The position numbers were made by a program, and so were the translations under genes. Below the pieces are notes generated by a model. The model had not been told where the DNA came from, made no database searches, and saw only the letters and a program-made list of their open reading frames with translations. From Myxococcota bacterium (GTDB taxonomy: Bacteria; Myxococcota_A; UBA9042; PHBI01; JAWLBL01): a stretch of 21,634 bases of DNA. The stretch covers positions 150,003 to 171,636 of the forward strand of contig JAWLBL010000020.1 in the NCBI GenBank assembly GCA_041687695.1, given 5' to 3'. This document shows positions 17,361-21,634 of this stretch, one piece after another (the stretch's first letter is position 1; each line of letters opens with the position of its first letter).

Positions 17361-18839
17361 ATGCCCTGTCCTTGGTGCGATGGTCGGATCGAGTCATGTG
17401 CGAGTGGAGACTGCGCCGCGTGTGGCCGCGAGCTGGTCATAGCAGGTCGTTGGCGCGTTACCGGCCTCTTCGGGCAGGGGGCCACGGGTGTCGTCTACCG
17501 TGGGCAGGATCAGAATGATGCTTCGGCTCCCGTCGCCATCAAGATGCTCCGCTCGGATGTCGTTGGCGATTGGCAGGCCGTGGAACGCTTTCAACGCGGC
17601 GCGCGCGTTCTCGCTGGACTCGACCATCCCGGGCTGCCGCGCGTCTTCGGAGTTGAAGTCGAGCAGTCCACTACGTTCCTGGTGACGGAGGCCTTCGAGG
17701 GCGGGTCTCTTTTCGAACGAGTCGCCCATCTTGGGACGAGGACGACGCCTGAGGCGATGAAGAACCTTTTGCGTTCGTTGCTGACGATCGCCGACTATCT
17801 TCACGGCCTGGTGCCGCCGGTTCTTCATCGAGACATCAAGCCGCAGAACGTGATGTTCCGAAGCGCCGCGAGTTGGGAACCCGTGCTCGTCGACTTCGAC
17901 ACGATTGCGAAGCCGCTCGCCCACCAGAGCGGTATGACGTTCGTCGGTACGATTGGCTATACGGCACCTGAGCAATTTGGGGGCGTCTCGTCGCCCAGCT
18001 CCGACCTGTACAGCATCGGCGCCACGATGCTGTTCTTGGCCACGCATGTGGAACCTGGCGACCTGCCTCGTGACGACAATGGTCGGTTCGCGGTTCGCGA
18101 CCTCCTGAAGAACCTCCCCGAGGCTCTTCGGACTGTGTTGCTTCGCCTCGTAGAGCCCGAGCGTGGTCGGCGGTATGAAACTGCGTCCGCTGCGCTCGCT
18201 GCGCTCGATGAACCTGCTACGGAACGTGCCCGTGGCACGGCCAGTTCAAGCGCGAGTCCTGTGCGGGTCGAACGCGCGAATCCTAAGGTGCCCGGGCAAT
18301 CGGTAGCGCCTCCAGTGGTGCCGCCGCAACTCGAGCGTATTCCGGCCGCGCCGCGCGAGCTTAATGCAAATGTGGCCCGCACCTTCGATCCGAGGGCTGA
18401 AAGCTGGATTTCGAGCGGCTATCTGACCGTCGCGTCCTGCGTAGTCGGCATGGTTCTTGTGATCTGGTATTGGCTCTCTGAGAACCCGACATCAGAATTA
18501 CGGGCGGAAACGATGGCTATGCCCATCATGCTGGGAGTGTTGACCGGGTTGTACTGTGTGGCCGGCTTGGTTGTCGCGAAGCTTGGGCTGAGGCGCCGTC
18601 GAGCGATCATCGATGTGTGGGTCCGAGGAATCGCCGTAGAGGGCAACGTGACCAGCGTCGGGACCAAAGCATCGAGCGGCACCCGCGTCTACAACTACGA
18701 GTTCGGCGTCGGCGGTACCGTTTGGAAGGGGAAGATGCGCACCGATCTATCTCTCGCGATAGCCGAAGGCGATCCGGTCACAGTGATTCATCATCCCGAC
18801 AAGCCCGCCGTGAACTTCATGGTTACTCAGTTGCCATAA
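17361..18839 (+). CDS. Hanks-type Ser/Thr kinase with an N-terminal Cys4 zinc ribbon, two TM helices and a C-terminal DUF3592-like domain (~492 aa)
   Basis: CPWC...CAAC; GQGATGVVY, VAIK, HRDIKPQN, GTIGYTAPE, DLYSIG; hydrophobic segments YLTVASCVVGMVLVIWYWL and PIMLGVLTGLYCVAGLVVA; tail G.V....Y.Y.F.VGG....G...GD.VTV.HHPDKP. GGAGG at 17346-17350. Confidence 0.88.
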   Translation: MPCPWCDGRIESCASGDCAACGRELVIAGRWRVTGLFGQGATGVVYRGQDQNDASAPVAIKMLRSDVVGDWQAVERFQRGARVLAGLDHPGLPRVFGVEVEQSTTFLVTEAFEGGSLFERVAHLGTRTTPEAMKNLLRSLLTIADYLHGLVPPVLHRDIKPQNVMFRSAASWEPVLVDFDTIAKPLAHQSGMTFVGTIGYTAPEQFGGVSSPSSDLYSIGATMLFLATHVEPGDLPRDDNGRFAVRDLLKNLPEALRTVLLRLVEPERGRRYETASAALAALDEPATERARGTASSSASPVRVERANPKVPGQSVAPPVVPPQLERIPAAPRELNANVARTFDPRAESWISSGYLTVASCVVGMVLVIWYWLSENPTSELRAETMAMPIMLGVLTGLYCVAGLVVAKLGLRRRRAIIDVWVRGIAVEGNVTSVGTKASSGTRVYNYEFGVGGTVWKGKMRTDLSLAIAEGDPVTVIHHPDKPAVNFMVTQLP

Positions 18840-18998
18840 CCTGGTCGAGCGGCCGAGAGTCGGAGCATTCGAGACACTCGTGTGGTGTGCTTGCTGAGCG
18901 GGGCTATGAACGGAAGGTGAGGGGGTATCGCCCGACTTCAGTCGGCGTCACTTCGAGGCTGATGTCGAAGTCGAAATGGTTTGAGGTGAGGCCGGGTG

Positions 18999-20549
18999 AT
19001 GACGAAGCACATGATCGTGAACGTGTCGTGGAGTTCGAGCGGGTGGACGGAGGCGGCGACGCAGGCGGACCTGGATGGGAGCAAGTTCGGGTACGTGAGG
19101 ACCACTCGGCGGATGCACGAGGAGTACAACTTCCATCCGAACAAGCAAATCCTCAAGGAGCGGGATGGGGAGTGGAGGTATGCCCACGCGCCTTATCAAA
19201 AGCCGGTGTCATTTGCTCAGGGACGCGGGCTGGTCTTCTTCGCGTCGACGGCTCCCGACAATCAGGTCTGGGTGGTGGGGTGCTATGGGCCGGCGGAGAT
19301 CAAGCATGGCGGGTATGGCGCGGCGAACAAGGCGCTCGAGACGTATGTGAACATCCGGGCGCGTCCGAATGACTGGTTCGCGCTGGCTCAGGGGGGATGG
19401 GTGAACCTGGAGCCGACGCGGCACCTGTCGGGTCAGAAGCGGATTGGCCGAGCGAACTTCGTGTACGTCGGGGATGACAAGGCGAGGGTCTTGCTGATGG
19501 ACGCCAGGGCCAAGGCGGGGCAGGACGCCGAGCTGGTGGGGCGGATTGACGAGATGCTTGCAACGCTGGGGACGGAGCCTAAGGCGGCCGAGCGAGGAGC
19601 CGAGGTGAACGAGGAGGCCCAGGAGACAGTAGTGGAGCCGGAAGTTGCGCGGGTGCTGGAGGCGCTCGAGCGCAAGGGGCAGGTGATTCTGTACGGGCCG
19701 CCGGGGACGGGAAAGACGTGGCTGGCGCGGAAGGTGGCGAAGCACGTCACCGGGGTTGGGGGGCGCAGCGAGTACGTGTGCTTTCATCCGTCGTTTGCGT
19801 ACGAGGAGCTGATCGAGGGGATCCGGCCGGAGGTAGTGGACGGGCAGGTGCACTACAGCGTCGAGCCCGGGATCTTCGTCGAGCTGTGTCGGGCGGCCAA
19901 GGCGGAGCCGGAAAAGCGCTTCGTCCTCGTCATCGACGAGATCAACCGGGCGAACGTGTCGGCGGTGTTCGGCGAGTTGCTGACGCTGCTGGAGAAGGAC
20001 AAGCGGCTGGGCGCGGAGCACGAGTTGCAGCTGACGCTGCCGTACTCGCGCGACCGGTTCGGGGTGCCGCCCAACCTGCTGGTCATCGGGACCATGAACA
20101 CGACGGACCGGTCGATTGCGCTGCTCGACATGGCGCTGCGGCGGAGGTTCGAGTTGCTGGAGGTCGCGCCCGAGCCGAGCCTGCTGGGGGTTGGGTTGGA
20201 GCCGACGGCGCCGGCGAAGCTGATCGAGCGGGCGGCGGGCGTGCTGTCGGCCTTGAACGAGCGGCTCGCGGAGGCGCGGGGGCGGGACCACTGCATCGGG
20301 CACTCGTACTTCTGGCCGCTGCGGGTCTTGGCGAACGATGCGGCGTTTCACGCGCGCTTCGAGGTGATCTTCGATGGAGAGCTGTGGCCGCTGCTGACCG
20401 AGGTGTTCCATCACGCGCCCGCGCAGCTCGAGGCCGTCGTCGGTGACGAGGTGGTGCAGCGCGCGAAGCGTGCCGGCAGGGGCGAGGGGGCAGGGGCGCG
20501 CGGGGCGGCGCTCTTCGAGGCGTTGTGTGCGCACCTGGACGTGCTGTGA
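18999..20549 (+). CDS. mcrB: McrB-family AAA+ GTPase with an unrecognised N-terminal domain (~516 aa)
   Basis: ILYGPPGTGKT, FHPSFAYEELIEG, IDEINRAN, McrB signature TMNTTDRS (NxxD), ALRRRF, IGHSYF. GAGG RBS; start is ATG 18999 or GTG 18996. Confidence 0.9.
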   Translation: MTKHMIVNVSWSSSGWTEAATQADLDGSKFGYVRTTRRMHEEYNFHPNKQILKERDGEWRYAHAPYQKPVSFAQGRGLVFFASTAPDNQVWVVGCYGPAEIKHGGYGAANKALETYVNIRARPNDWFALAQGGWVNLEPTRHLSGQKRIGRANFVYVGDDKARVLLMDARAKAGQDAELVGRIDEMLATLGTEPKAAERGAEVNEEAQETVVEPEVARVLEALERKGQVILYGPPGTGKTWLARKVAKHVTGVGGRSEYVCFHPSFAYEELIEGIRPEVVDGQVHYSVEPGIFVELCRAAKAEPEKRFVLVIDEINRANVSAVFGELLTLLEKDKRLGAEHELQLTLPYSRDRFGVPPNLLVIGTMNTTDRSIALLDMALRRRFELLEVAPEPSLLGVGLEPTAPAKLIERAAGVLSALNERLAEARGRDHCIGHSYFWPLRVLANDAAFHARFEVIFDGELWPLLTEVFHHAPAQLEAVVGDEVVQRAKRAGRGEGAGARGAALFEALCAHLDVL

Positions 20550-21555
20550 TGGAGGGCGCGGAGCGGCGAGCGTGGGACGAGCGTCTCGTAGGGGCGCTCG
20601 GTGTCCACGTCGCGGCGTTTTGGATGGGGCTCGATGGCCTGGCGCATCAGGCCTGGCCGAGATTGCCGCTAGTGGCGGAAAGCGACGAGTTGCCGTCGCA
20701 CCAGCCGTTCTTCTTCGACCTGTTCCCGGCGGCGGGGCTCGAAGTGGCGAATCGCGGGCTCGAGGCTGCTACCGAGGCGGGCCGGTTGCTGGAGGGTGCG
20801 GCAGACGAAGTGCGGGTTCGCAAGGAGTTTCGGCGCACCGTGCGGGCCTGGAAGCGAGCGGAGCGGGGAGGTCGGCTGTCGGAGGGGTGGAGGCGGCGCT
20901 GCGGCGGACGCGCGCGCTCGCGTGGCGCTGGGTGCTGGGTGCGTCGGAGGAAGCGCTCGAGGAGGTGGTGCGGGCGAGGGCCCTGGCGATGGCGGGGAGG
21001 CGCTGGAAGCCCTGGGCGACGTGGCGGCGTGTGTGGTTGGCGGGGAGTTGGCTACGAGGGCACGAGTCGGCGTGTGAGGCTGACGGCGCGCACTGGTCGC
21101 GCTTGCAGCACCCGCAGCGGAGTCGAGACGCGAGGGTGGCGATGGTCGCGCTGCTCGATGAGATGGGTGAGCGGCTGCGGCAAGCGGGAGCCTGTGCGAC
21201 GGAGGCGATGGCGGCAGCGCATCCCGAGGCTGCCGAGCTGACGAGCGATGAGTGCGCGGGGGCTCTGAGGGATCTTCAGGCGCGACACATCCTCGAGCGG
21301 GCCAGCAGGCGCCTGCGGGTCGTCGTCAACCAGCAGAATGCGCATCGAATCTTCGGGGTCACGGCGCGCGAGTTGGCGGACCTGCTGGACGGCTTCCATG
21401 TGGGAGAGTCGACGGCGGAGGAGGCGATGGCGGCGCTGGGCATCGAGCGCGTCCTGCCCCCGGCGACAGCCGTGCATTGGGGCGACCTGCGGGGTGGTCT
21501 GCAGCTGGGTGTGTATCCGGGCCACAGTCCGCTCGAGCGTTACTCCTCGCCGTAG
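20549..21555 (+). pseudogene. Hypothetical protein coupled to mcrB, split by a single-base frameshift near 20884-20887 (real or sequencing error); ~335 aa if repaired
   Basis: ATG overlaps the mcrB stop (TGATG 20547-20551). The frame reads protein-like to ...RLSEG, then continues in the -1 frame as VEAALRRTRAL... to TAG 21555. One extra G in the GGGG run joins the two halves. Both halves resemble the 15942 protein. Confidence 0.75.
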
Positions 21556-21634
21556 CCCATGCCCGGGCCCCCCAGTCGTGTGCTTCAATCACCGCGGAGG
21601 CGTGTGGGCTGGAGCCGCGCCGTAGCGCGCGGCC

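Noticed and set aside
17361..18839. BREX PglW or other known kinase-based defence system
   Set aside because: Single kinase domain with TM helices, no NERD domain, and no pglX, pglZ or brxC in the window.
4997..20534. Long minus-strand ORFs (4997-6778, 8163-10154, 10187-11530, 13928-15853, 19209-20534) and Arg/Pro-rich alternative plus frames (2553-4055, 4141-5952)
   Set aside because: Shadow ORFs typical of high-GC DNA. They overlap motif-supported or codon-supported genes and have no recognisable motifs.

Overview
High-GC bacterial DNA (gene content and style suggest a myxobacterium-like host; inference only) that looks like a defence island. It follows a REP-like repeat and a minus-strand yceI-family gene. 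All other credible genes are on the + strand, in this order: (1) a large unknown protein coupled to a PIN/VapC nuclease; (2) a helical orphan followed by a hairpin and a strictly 43-bp-period tandem array of 11-12 units; (3) a ~725-aa protein with an XRE-like N-terminus, preceded by a cluster of TTGCC/GGCAA operator-like sites; (4) a Type I R-M system with two HsdM subunits (NPPF and NPPY, the m6A/m4C heterodimeric subtype) and a Schlafen/AlbA_2-HATPase-wHTH gene coupled between them, then hsdS and hsdR; (5) an unknown protein; (6) an atypical membrane Ser/Thr kinase; (7) an McrB-like AAA+ GTPase. The gene coupled to mcrB is not a recognisable McrC. It is a frameshifted paralogue of the unknown protein after hsdR. 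The best candidates for undescribed biology are this duplicated motor-associated gene family, the orphan-plus-43-bp-array module and the oversized PIN partner. All family calls come from motifs read by eye; no database searches were run.
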